Shown here piece after piece: positions 16,755 to 24,325 of a stretch of 33,067 nucleotides of DNA (positions are counted from its first letter, which is position 1; the number at the start of each line of letters is the position of its first letter). Below the pieces are notes generated by a model that was not told the DNA's origin, did no database searches, and saw nothing but the letters and a program-made list of their open reading frames with translations. The DNA is taken from contig JAISEH010000106.1 in the NCBI GenBank assembly GCA_031264205.1, positions 1 to 33,067 on the forward strand, written 5' to 3'. The translations under genes and the position numbers were made by a program. The stretch comes from Candidatus Margulisiibacteriota bacterium (lineage in GTDB: Bacteria; Margulisbacteria; Termititenacia; Termititenacales; Termititenacaceae).

Positions 16755-17786
16755 ATCGAGGACAAAGTCATGCGTTTCGCGGACAAGGACAGTCATCATC
16801 TTTTTATCGAGCCGGAGGGCGCGGACACCAACGAGATGTATCTACAGGGTTTTTCGACTTCACTACCCTGCGATGTGCAGCTTGAGGTTTTGCGGACAAT
16901 ACCCGGGCTGGAAAATGTGGAAATCATGCGGCCGGGTTATGCTGTCGCCTATGATTTTATTTACCCCGAGCAGTTAACGCGCAGTTTAAAATTACGTGAA
17001 TTTACGGGAATTTTTGCGGCGGGACAAATCAACGGCACTTCGGGTTATGAAGAAGCCGCCGCGCAGGGACTGATCGCCGGTATTAACGCCGCGCGTTTTG
17101 TCCGCGGACAGGAGCCGTTTTGTCTGACCAGAGAAGAAAGTTATATCGGCACGCTTATCGACGATCTTATTACCAAAGAAATACGCGAGCCGTATCGCAT
17201 GATGACTTCGCGCTCGGAATACCGGCTTTTTTTGCGGCAGGACAATGCCGAAGACAGATTGCTGGAAAAAGGCCGGGAAATAGGCCTGATTTCCGCGCAG
17301 AGATGCCAAAAATTCAAGGATTCGCGGGAAAAAATAGAAGCGGAAAAGACCAGACTGACCGAATTTAAAGTATTACCGAACAAGAAAAATACGGAATTTT
17401 TGCTGAACCTAGGTGAAAAATTGACAAAGCCGTCAAGTGGAGCTGAACTTTTGAGGAGACAGAAAATTTCTTTGTTAAGCTTGGGAGAACTCGGTTTTTC
17501 CACAGTGTTAAGTGGCGCCGAGGCCGAGAAATTAGAGATAGAGGTCAAGTATTCGGCCTATTTGGCCGAGCTGGAGCAGCAAATCCGGCGCGCGCAGGAA
17601 GCGGAAAAAAGAAAAATCCCGCCGGAATTGGACTATGACGCCATAATTGGTTTGCGTCAGGAAGCGCGGGAAAAGCTTAAAAAAATCAGACCGGAAACGG
17701 TCGGGCAGACCTCGCGCATCGCCGGCGTTAATCCGGCGGATATTTCGATATTGCTGGTGTGGTTGCGGCGTCTGGCTGGCGGTTAA
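16755..17786 (+). CDS. mnmG: MnmG (GidA), C-terminal part, same frame as the N-terminal part
   Basis: The frame continues directly after the TAG as IEDKVMRFADKDSHHLFIEPEG... through the C-terminal ...GQTSRIAGVNPADISILLVWL. The first in-frame ATG is at 16770. Confidence 0.9.
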   Translation: MEDKVMRFADKDSHHLFIEPEGADTNEMYLQGFSTSLPCDVQLEVLRTIPGLENVEIMRPGYAVAYDFIYPEQLTRSLKLREFTGIFAAGQINGTSGYEEAAAQGLIAGINAARFVRGQEPFCLTREESYIGTLIDDLITKEIREPYRMMTSRSEYRLFLRQDNAEDRLLEKGREIGLISAQRCQKFKDSREKIEAEKTRLTEFKVLPNKKNTEFLLNLGEKLTKPSSGAELLRRQKISLLSLGELGFSTVLSGAEAEKLEIEVKYSAYLAELEQQIRRAQEAEKRKIPPELDYDAIIGLRQEAREKLKKIRPETVGQTSRIAGVNPADISILLVWLRRLAGG

Positions 17787-17895
17787 AAAGCGGTGGAGTC
17801 GTTTCCGCGGGAAATTTCATTTCAAACATAAGCCGTCCTGATAAATAAGAAATATACTAACTTGCGTTTGGGTTTTTGACAATAATATAGAGTGC

Positions 17896-18513
17896 ATGTA
17901 TAAGATAAAAACTATGTCTGTTTACGAAAAACTTTTCGCTTTGCAAACCGCGTACAACGCGCATACAAATATCACGCGTATTTCCTCGCGGGAGGATTTT
18001 TATTTGAAGCATATCGAGGATTCGCTGGCCTTGCTGCCAATTATCGATGCGGACATCGAACGAAGTCGAAGTATCCGTTTGTTTGACCTTGGCGCGGGCG
18101 CGGGTTATCCGGGTCTTCCGCTGGCGATAGAGCGGCCGGAGCTGCGGGTCACGCTCAATGACGCGACCTTGAAAAAAATAAAATACGTGCAGTCCGTCAT
18201 CGACGCGCTGCCTTTGCCCAACGCCGCGGCGGTCTGGGGCCGCGCGGAAATTTTAAGTCAGCAAAAAGAACACAAAGGCCAGTATGATTTTGTCACGGCG
18301 CGGGCTGTCGCGGAGCTTCAAGAGCTGGTACAATTTGCCGCGCCGTTTTTGCGCGCCGGCGGTCGGGCGTTGTTTATGAAAGCTAAAAATGTGGAGACGG
18401 AAATTTCCGCCGCTAAACGCGCCGCGGCAAAATGCGGCCTGTCCCTGCTGGACGTGACGAAATACAAACTGGCGGAGATGGACAGGGCGATAGTTGTTTA
18501 TGTAAAACAATGA
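17896..18513 (+). CDS. rsmG: 16S rRNA (guanine527-N7)-methyltransferase RsmG (GidB)
   Basis: 205 aa. HIEDSLALL and LFDLGAGAGYPGLPLAI motifs. Conserved position after mnmG. An alternative ATG at 17914 is possible. Confidence 0.92.
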   Translation: MYKIKTMSVYEKLFALQTAYNAHTNITRISSREDFYLKHIEDSLALLPIIDADIERSRSIRLFDLGAGAGYPGLPLAIERPELRVTLNDATLKKIKYVQSVIDALPLPNAAAVWGRAEILSQQKEHKGQYDFVTARAVAELQELVQFAAPFLRAGGRALFMKAKNVETEISAAKRAAAKCGLSLLDVTKYKLAEMDRAIVVYVKQ

Positions 18514-18619
18514 CGTAGAGAATATCTTTGCTTTCCGCGAGCCGTGGCCTCTCACTTAACGTCGCTGCGCTTGTTAAGTTCGAGCCAAAACTCGCTTCAA
18601 GCAAAATATTCTCTACGTC
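18512..18619. repeat. Rod-like imperfect palindromic repeat, copy A (108 nt)
   Basis: Arms GACGTAGAGAATATCTTTGC (18512..18531) and GCAAAATATTCTCTACGTC (18601..18619) pair with one bulged C. There is an inner GCGAG/CTCGC stem. The core GGCCTCTCACTTAAC...GTTAAGTTCGAGCC is identical to the one at 23981..24029. Confidence 0.8.
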
Positions 18620-18644
18620 GGTTTATCTAAAAGAAAGGGGATTT

Positions 18645-20030
18645 GTGGCCGAAATAGTTGAGATTAATGAACCGCTCCCGCAGCAGAACAAAATGGGCAC
18701 GCAGCCCATCAACCGCCTGTTGCTGGGTATGGCTTTGCCAATGATGTTCGCGATGCTTGTGCAGTCGCTATACAATATTGTTGACCGTATTTTTGTGGCC
18801 TATTTGAGCGAGGACGCTTTCGCGGCGGTGTCGTTGACTTTTCCGGCGCAGATGCTGATGCTGCAGGTCGCGGTCGGTCTCGGTGTGGGTATTAACGCGC
18901 TGCTTTCTAGAAGTCTTGGCGAGCGAAATTTTACGCAGGCGCACAAGGCCGCGCAGAACGGGCTTTTTCTGGCGGGACTGGCGGCCGTCGTTTTTATGGT
19001 TTTCGGCGGCTGGGGTACGGAAATTTATTTTCGTTCGCAAAATGTTTCCGGCCTGCTGTTACAATACGGACAAGAGTATCTCTCTCTCGTCTCTCTTTTT
19101 TCGGCGACGCTGGTCGGGCAGATTATTCTGGAGCGGCTGCTGATGTCCACCGGCAAAGCTTTTTATCAAATGATTTCGCAGATCGTCGGCGCGCTAGTAA
19201 ATATTGTGCTCGATCCGATTATGATTTTCGGTTTGCTGGGTTGTCCGGCGATGGGTGTGCCGGGCGCGGCGGTGGCGACTGTGCTCGGCGAGGGTTCGGC
19301 TTGCGCGCTCGCCCTGTATTTCAACTTGACCAAAAACAAAGAAATAAATTTTTCTTTTCGCAGCTTCCGTCCCGATTTTGCGATTATCCGCAAGATTTGC
19401 GCGGTCGGCGTGCCGGCAATTTTGATGGGCGCTTTGATTTCGTTGACCGTGTATGGGCAGAATAGAGTTTTAATGGGGATGGCGGAGGCCTCCACAGCTG
19501 TGGCGGTGCTGGGCGCGTATTTTGGTCTGGAGAGTTTTGTTTTTATGCCGGTTTTCGACCTCAACAACGCGCTGATTCCGATAGTGGCTTATAATTTTGG
19601 CGCTAAAAATAAACGGCGTATGCTGCGTGCCCTGGAATTGGGCTGCCTTTACACACTCGGCATCATGCTGCTGGGCACGCTGTTGTTTCAGGTTTTTGCG
19701 GATAAATTGCTGCTAATTTTTAACGCGACCGAGCAAATGCTGTTGATCGGTACGCCGGCTCTGCGGATTATCAGTCTCAGTTATGTGTTTTTTGCTCTGG
19801 GGATTATTTTAAATTCGGTTTTTCAGGCGCTGGGACACGGGCTGGAAAGTTTTTTGGCGACGGCTTTCCGTCTGGGCGTGTTACTGCTCTCGGTCTGGTT
19901 GTTGTCGCTGACAGGAGTGTTGGCAACGGTCTGGTGGTCGTCGCCAATCTCCGGCGTGGCCGCGCTATTATTCAGCCTATTTTTATTTGCGCGCATTTAC
20001 GAAAAACAAATTAAGCCTTTGCCGGATTAA
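18645..20030 (+). CDS. MATE-family efflux transporter
   Basis: ORF 18528..20030. INRLLLGMALPMMFAMLVQSLYNIVDRIFV is the MATE N-terminus, followed by about 12 hydrophobic segments. The ORF's first 39 codons cover repeat copy A, so I prefer the GTG at 18645 or the ATG at 18693. Confidence 0.85.
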   Translation: MAEIVEINEPLPQQNKMGTQPINRLLLGMALPMMFAMLVQSLYNIVDRIFVAYLSEDAFAAVSLTFPAQMLMLQVAVGLGVGINALLSRSLGERNFTQAHKAAQNGLFLAGLAAVVFMVFGGWGTEIYFRSQNVSGLLLQYGQEYLSLVSLFSATLVGQIILERLLMSTGKAFYQMISQIVGALVNIVLDPIMIFGLLGCPAMGVPGAAVATVLGEGSACALALYFNLTKNKEINFSFRSFRPDFAIIRKICAVGVPAILMGALISLTVYGQNRVLMGMAEASTAVAVLGAYFGLESFVFMPVFDLNNALIPIVAYNFGAKNKRRMLRALELGCLYTLGIMLLGTLLFQVFADKLLLIFNATEQMLLIGTPALRIISLSYVFFALGIILNSVFQALGHGLESFLATAFRLGVLLLSVWLLSLTGVLATVWWSSPISGVAALLFSLFLFARIYEKQIKPLPD

Positions 20031-20045
20031 ATTTAAACGGATGGC

Positions 20046-20996
20046 TTAGGCAACTTTCATTATATAAATCACAGTATAATAGGCGGGCTTAATATCAAAA
20101 GCTGTGCCGGATCCGGTATTGTCGGTGGTAAAACCATGTTTATGCGTTGAATTGTCCGTACTGACCGAGCTAACACTGGTATAATCGGCGCTATCCCAAA
20201 GATACTGCCCCTGACTATCGCAGCCGGATAAGTAGGAGGCAGCTTGATTATTTAATTGCCCGGTTCGTGTCATAGTAGAGGCATAACTCCCACCAGCGTG
20301 CCTGAACTTCAATTTGTGACCGTGACTGCCGTCGGAATCGGTGGTGCCGCTGTGCGTATGCGCGGGTAAATTTTCTGTCTTGAGAGTTACGCTGTCCGCG
20401 CCGCCTGTGTCGCCAGCCGGATAGGCCGCGCCGCGCAGAAATTTGCCGACCAGATTGGGCGTGAGGTTGCCAGCGCCGTCGCATATTTTCCATATATTTT
20501 TAAAAGCCGAGTCTTTAGCATCCCAGGCCGCCGCGCTGAAAGCCAGTATTGTACCTTTCGGGAAAAAGCCCAATGTGTCTAGCGAAGCCAGCAGGGTTAA
20601 CTGTGCGTCGGATAATTTATCTTGTTTTGCGCTGTTTACGGCATAGACCTGCGCCTCGGTGGCAAATTTTTTGCCGTCATTGGTGGCGTCAGCTGTTTTG
20701 GCCATGCCCAACAATGGTTCGGCCGCCGCGTCTACTGTGCCAAAAGTTTTAACGCCAGTTATCGTTTCCGCTCCGGTTTTGTGCACGATATCGTTGTTTG
20801 TCCCGCTCAAAGTATCATAAACCACTTTGGCTGACGGATATTGCGTGTCGGTCGATTGATTATTTATAGTGGTTACTTTATTCGCCACCTTTTCTTTAGT
20901 ATTCAACGCCACGGTCATGCCCGCCGCCGAAAGCTGCTCGCCTTTTTTAATGAAATACGGCTCACCCGCAAAACTGTCTGTGTAATTGTTCGCCAT
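20046..20996 (-). CDS. Phage-tail-fibre-like protein with a C-terminal tail-collar-like domain
   Basis: 316 aa. The N-terminal half has tail-fibre motifs (TQYPSAKVVYDTL, HKTGAETITGVKTF). The C-terminal half has GTILAFS...WKICDGAG...NLVGKFLRGA...TLKTENLPAHTHSG...HKHGF, resembling the Phage Tail Collar domain. GGGGGG-rich SD. No signal peptide. Confidence 0.75.
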   Translation of the reverse strand: MANNYTDSFAGEPYFIKKGEQLSAAGMTVALNTKEKVANKVTTINNQSTDTQYPSAKVVYDTLSGTNNDIVHKTGAETITGVKTFGTVDAAAEPLLGMAKTADATNDGKKFATEAQVYAVNSAKQDKLSDAQLTLLASLDTLGFFPKGTILAFSAAAWDAKDSAFKNIWKICDGAGNLTPNLVGKFLRGAAYPAGDTGGADSVTLKTENLPAHTHSGTTDSDGSHGHKLKFRHAGGSYASTMTRTGQLNNQAASYLSGCDSQGQYLWDSADYTSVSSVSTDNSTHKHGFTTDNTGSGTAFDIKPAYYTVIYIMKVA

Positions 20997-21046
20997 AAAA
21001 ATCCCCCCTTTGATAATTTATAACGCCAATTGCGTAATATATATTT

Positions 21047-21075
21047 ATTCTAACTGCGTGTTGCCTGTTTGTCAA
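21047..21075 (-). promoter_or_regulatory. Putative sigma70-type promoter of the tail-fibre-like gene
   Basis: On the minus strand: GCTTGACAAA with TTGACA (rc of 21070..21075), a 17-nt spacer, then TAGAAT (rc of 21047..21052). It overlaps face-to-face with a plus-strand TTGCCT-17-AATAAT (21061..21089) candidate promoter for the XRE gene. Confidence 0.55.
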
Positions 21076-21121
21076 GCCAACAGAATAATATGGTTTCAAT
21101 CAATAAGGAGTAGGGCTGATC

Positions 21122-21439
21122 ATGAACGAAAAAGAATTGTACAAACTTTTGGGCGCCAATATTAAATCTTGCCGGAGCCGCTCCGGCTGGTCGCAGGCGG
21201 AATTGGCGGAGCGCATAAATCTTTCCGTAAATTTTCTCAGCGATGTGGAGACCGGCAAAAAATGGGTGTCCCCGGCCACCATGTTAAAATTCGCGGAAGT
21301 TTTCCGTCTGGAAGTTCATGAATTATTCAAGCCGGAAAAAATATTTTCTGACCGTTCCCAAAAACTATTGAGCAAATATACTGAAGATGTTGTTTCCGCC
21401 GTGCAAAAAGTTCGCAAAAAATACAAAATGGTTGGTTAA
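21122..21439 (+). CDS. XRE-family helix-turn-helix transcriptional regulator
   Basis: 105 aa. LGANIKSCRSRSGWSQAELAERINLSVNFLSDVETGKKWVS is a canonical XRE HTH. AAGGAG SD. Divergent from the tail-fibre-like gene. Confidence 0.85.
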   Translation: MNEKELYKLLGANIKSCRSRSGWSQAELAERINLSVNFLSDVETGKKWVSPATMLKFAEVFRLEVHELFKPEKIFSDRSQKLLSKYTEDVVSAVQKVRKKYKMVG

Positions 21440-21600
21440 CGGAAAATATTAAAAATACAAAGCGGTTCCTGATATGTTAATGCTGTGAAACAAGATTTTT
21501 AAGGAATTTTTGAGACCGCTCAATACGCCTGAACGCATTTTTGAAGCTAGATTTAACTAAATTTGTGCAAAAACACGGGACATTCAGCTGTAGTTAACGA

Positions 21601-21625
21601 AATATGTATAAATTTTATACATATT
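21601..21625. repeat. 25-bp AT-rich perfect palindrome (12-bp arms)
   Basis: AATATGTATAAA-T-TTTATACATATT, read directly. It ends 5 nt before the parS site at 21631. Confidence 0.8.
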
Positions 21626-21630
21626 CACAT

Positions 21631-21646
21631 TGTTTCACGTGAAACA
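21631..21646. promoter_or_regulatory. parS: parS centromere-like site (perfect)
   Basis: TGTTTCACGTGAAACA is a 16-bp perfect palindrome. It matches the established parS consensus TGTTNCACGTGAAACA bound by ParB/Spo0J. Confidence 0.9.
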
Positions 21647-21655
21647 TTCATTTGT

Positions 21656-22147
21656 CTACTTCTGCGGGGTTTCGTTCGCTAATTTCCGCAAAGCCTCTCC
21701 GAACAAAAAATATCTGTCCCAGCCCTGCAAAGGCATCGCGCCGAGTTTTTGGTAAAAATCCTGGGCCGGCTTGTTCCAGGACAGAGCCGCCCAGTCCAGA
21801 CGGTCGCAGTTTTGCGCCACGGCCAGCCGCGCGACATAACGCAGCAATTCCCGGCCGATGCCCTGTCCGCGAAAAGCCTCTTTGACGAAAACGTCCTCCA
21901 GATAAATAACTTTGCGCCCGGAAAATGTCGAATAGGTAAAGAAAAATAACGCGAGGCCCGCGGGCTGACCGGCGATCTCCGCAAAAACAACTTCGGCGCG
22001 TTTATCGAGAAAAACGTCCCGGCGCAAGGTCTCCGCGTCAGAAGTCACGACCAGATGCTCGTATTCCGCCAGAGCGCGAATGAATTCCAGCAATAATTCC
22101 GTATCGGCTTCCGTGCCGCGGCGCAGGGAGATTTTTTCGTTTGGCAT
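21656..22147 (-). CDS. GNAT-family N-acetyltransferase
   Basis: ORF 21656..22258. FVKEAFRGQGIGRELLRYVARLA is the acetyl-CoA motif A (Q/RxxGxG/A). I prefer the ATG at 22147 (MPNEKISLRRG...) because the upstream codons would overlap parA and parS. Confidence 0.85.
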   Translation of the reverse strand: MPNEKISLRRGTEADTELLLEFIRALAEYEHLVVTSDAETLRRDVFLDKRAEVVFAEIAGQPAGLALFFFTYSTFSGRKVIYLEDVFVKEAFRGQGIGRELLRYVARLAVAQNCDRLDWAALSWNKPAQDFYQKLGAMPLQGWDRYFLFGEALRKLANETPQK

Positions 22148-22168
22148 GGGGGGATTATACACTAAAAG

Positions 22169-22184
22169 TGTTTCACGTGAAACA
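22169..22184. promoter_or_regulatory. parS: parS centromere-like site (perfect)
   Basis: Second exact copy of TGTTTCACGTGAAACA, in the GNAT/parA divergent intergenic region, 49 nt upstream of the parA ATG. Confidence 0.9.
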
Positions 22185-22232
22185 TCTACAATGTTTTGCA
22201 AAAAAAACCGGCTTGTAGTATAGTAGCCGCTC

Positions 22233-22997
22233 ATGGGCACGATTTTCGCGATAGTCAATCAAAAAGGCGGCGTCGGCAAAACGACCACGGCTATCAATCT
22301 CGGCACGGCGCTGGCGGAAGCCGGCAAAGCGGTTTTGCTGATCGATACAGACCCGCAGGCCAATTCCACGAGCGGTGTCGGCATTGACGAAAATAAAATA
22401 GAATACACGCTTTACGATTTGTACCTCGGGCGCAAAGACGCGCTGGAAGTTTTGTATCCGACCTCGGTGAAAAATCTGCATATATTGCCGTGCTCGCCGG
22501 ACCTGGCCGGTGTCGAAGCCGAGTTGATGGGCGAGGATGGCCGAGAGAGACATTTGAAAGACGCGCTGGCCGCGGTGCAGGACGGCTATGATTTTATTTT
22601 GATCGATTGTCCGCCGTCGCTGGGCTTGCTCACGCTCAACGCGCTGGTCGCCGCGACGCGAATTCTGGTGCCGGTGCAATGCGAATTTTTTGCGCTGGAG
22701 GGACTGACGCGCTTGATGACCACGCTGGCGATGATCAAGGACAAAATAAATCCCGCGCTGGACATTGAGGGCATTGTGCTGACCATGCACGATCCGCGCA
22801 CCGCGCTCAGCCGGCAGGTGGTCGAGGAAGCGCGCCGGCATCTCGGCGACAAAGTTTTCAAAACCGTGATACCGCGCAACGTGCGCATCAGCGAGGCGCC
22901 GAGCTACGGTCAGCCGATCTCGGTGTACGCCGGCAAATCCAAAGGCGCGGAAGCGTACGAAAATTTAGCAAAGGAGCTGATCGCGCATGGCTATTAA
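22233..22997 (+). CDS. parA: Chromosome partitioning ATPase ParA/Soj
   Basis: 254 aa. Deviant Walker A NQKGGVGKTTTAINL. ParA-family sequence throughout. Confidence 0.96.
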   Translation: MGTIFAIVNQKGGVGKTTTAINLGTALAEAGKAVLLIDTDPQANSTSGVGIDENKIEYTLYDLYLGRKDALEVLYPTSVKNLHILPCSPDLAGVEAELMGEDGRERHLKDALAAVQDGYDFILIDCPPSLGLLTLNALVAATRILVPVQCEFFALEGLTRLMTTLAMIKDKINPALDIEGIVLTMHDPRTALSRQVVEEARRHLGDKVFKTVIPRNVRISEAPSYGQPISVYAGKSKGAEAYENLAKELIAHGY

Positions 22998-23907
22998 CAG
23001 AGGTTTGGGCAAAGGTTTGGGCGCGCTGTTGCAGTCCACGGGCGGTTCCGCGCAAAAAGAGGCGGAGAATGTCGCCGCTTCTTTAAGCAAAACCGATGGC
23101 AAACTTCAGCCGCTTTTCGGCCGCAGTATTTTGCATATTTCCGTCACGGAGATCGTGCCCAATCCGCGCCAGCCGCGTAAAAATTTTGCGCTGGATGCGC
23201 TTGCGGAATTGGCCGCGTCGATCAAAGTGCACGGGGTTATTGAGCCGCTCATTGTGCGCAAAAAAGAAAATAAATATGAGCTGGTGGCGGGCGAGCGGCG
23301 CTGGCGCGCTTCGCAGCAGGCCGGTCTGGATAAAGTGCCGGTGGTGGTCAAAGGTCTTAGCGATGAAGTCTCGCTCGAGCAATCGATCATTGAAAATGTG
23401 CAGCGCGAGGGGCTGAACGCGCTGGAAGAAGCCGAATCCTACGCGTTGTTAATGAAAGAGTTTAGCCTGACTCAGGAGCAGGTGGCTGAAAAAGTCGGCA
23501 AAGCGCGTTCCTCCGTGGCGAATACCCTGCGCTTGAATGAACTGCCGCGGGAAGTGAAAGAGTCTTTGTGCCGAAACGAAATTACCGCCGGACACGCGCG
23601 GGCGATTTTAGCGGCCGGAAATGTTATTGAACAGCTCCGGGTCTGGAAAAAAGTAATACAGAACAATCTTAATGTGAGAGATGCGGAAAACTTAACGGCC
23701 AGGAAAAACAAAACTAAGCAGGTTAAGAAAAATGAAACAGAAAAATCGGACGAATTAACAAATATAGAACAAAAATTAACTGCAAAATTTGCCACGAAAG
23801 TTGAGTTAAGTGGAGATGAACAAAATGGCCTCATTTCTATAAGGTATTTTTCTCACGACGAACTGGATAGAATTTATACACTTTTATTGACAAATGAAGT
23901 GATATAA
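22987..23907 (+). CDS. parB: Chromosome partitioning protein ParB/Spo0J
   Basis: 306 aa. NPRQPRK and EPLIVRK...YELVAGERRWRA ParB-box motifs, plus an HTH segment. 11-nt overlap with parA. Confidence 0.96.
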   Translation: MAINRGLGKGLGALLQSTGGSAQKEAENVAASLSKTDGKLQPLFGRSILHISVTEIVPNPRQPRKNFALDALAELAASIKVHGVIEPLIVRKKENKYELVAGERRWRASQQAGLDKVPVVVKGLSDEVSLEQSIIENVQREGLNALEEAESYALLMKEFSLTQEQVAEKVGKARSSVANTLRLNELPREVKESLCRNEITAGHARAILAAGNVIEQLRVWKKVIQNNLNVRDAENLTARKNKTKQVKKNETEKSDELTNIEQKLTAKFATKVELSGDEQNGLISIRYFSHDELDRIYTLLLTNEVI

Positions 23908-23946
23908 ACACAAAACACAGCTTCTCCTTGTATTTATTATAGCTGA

Positions 23947-24062
23947 TTAAAGAGCGAATATCTTTGCCGCCGCGCGTGGTGGCCTCTCACTTAACGTCGG
24001 CTACTTTGTAGCCTTGTTAAGTTCGAGCCAGACGCGCTTACGGCAAAATATTCGCTCTTTAA
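23947..24062. repeat. Rod-like imperfect palindromic repeat, copy B (116 nt)
   Basis: Arms TTAAAGAGCGAATATCTTTGCCG (23947..23969) and CGGCAAAATATTCGCTCTTTAA (24041..24062). Inner CGCGT/ACGCG stem. The core is the same as in copy A, but the apical segment differs (GGCTA-CTTTG-TAGCC mini-hairpin). Confidence 0.8.
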
Positions 24063-24070
24063 ACTATTGG

Positions 24071-24148
24071 CGCGGCAAATATTTTGCCCGGAGCGAACGT
24101 AACCTTCAGTGCTATGCCGTGTTCGCGAGGGTAAAGATATTTGCCGCG
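24071..24148. repeat. Related long hairpin repeat, copy C (78 nt)
   Basis: Arms CGCGGCAAATATTTTGCCC (24071..24089) and GGGTAAAGATATTTGCCGCG (24129..24148) pair with two G-T (wobble-type) positions and one bulge. Inner GCGAAC/GTTCGC stem. The arm motif AAATAT(C)TTT(G/A)C is shared with copies A and B but in the opposite orientation. Confidence 0.7.
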
Positions 24149-24325
24149 TGTAAATTGACTGTAACCCATTCTTTATCCCGAAAATAAAGGGACGCTCCCG
24201 CCGTGGAACAAAATGTTTCACGGATTAGTTGCCAAATGTTCATTTTTGAACACTTTTTGCCGAAAACATCGAAAAATCTTGGTATATTTCTTTCTATTTT
24301 CTCTGGTGGAAAGGGAAAGGGGGGA

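Noticed and set aside
18553-18580. The repeat core ACTTAAC...GTTAAGT matches the integron attC R''/R' consensus (RYYYAAC / GTTRRRY).
   Set aside because: In real attC sites these boxes form the outer ends of a 57-141-bp site. Here they are only 13-21 nt apart, in the interior of a longer hairpin. There is no intI gene or cassette array in the window.
18528-18644. N-terminal extensions offered by the ORF track: MATE 18528, mnmE 28657, GNAT 22258, MNT 474, miaB 24509 and rplI 13695.
   Set aside because: The extensions overlap upstream genes, parS sites or the palindromic repeat. They also lack homology-like sequence. Internal starts with an SD, an overlap-coupling pattern or a -10 context fit better.
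24214-24229. A possible third parS (TGTTTCACGGATTAGT), and a GTGAAACA half-site at 21485..21492.
   Set aside because: Only one half of the 16-bp palindrome is present in each case. ParB recognition normally needs both halves, so these are probably chance matches or decayed sites.
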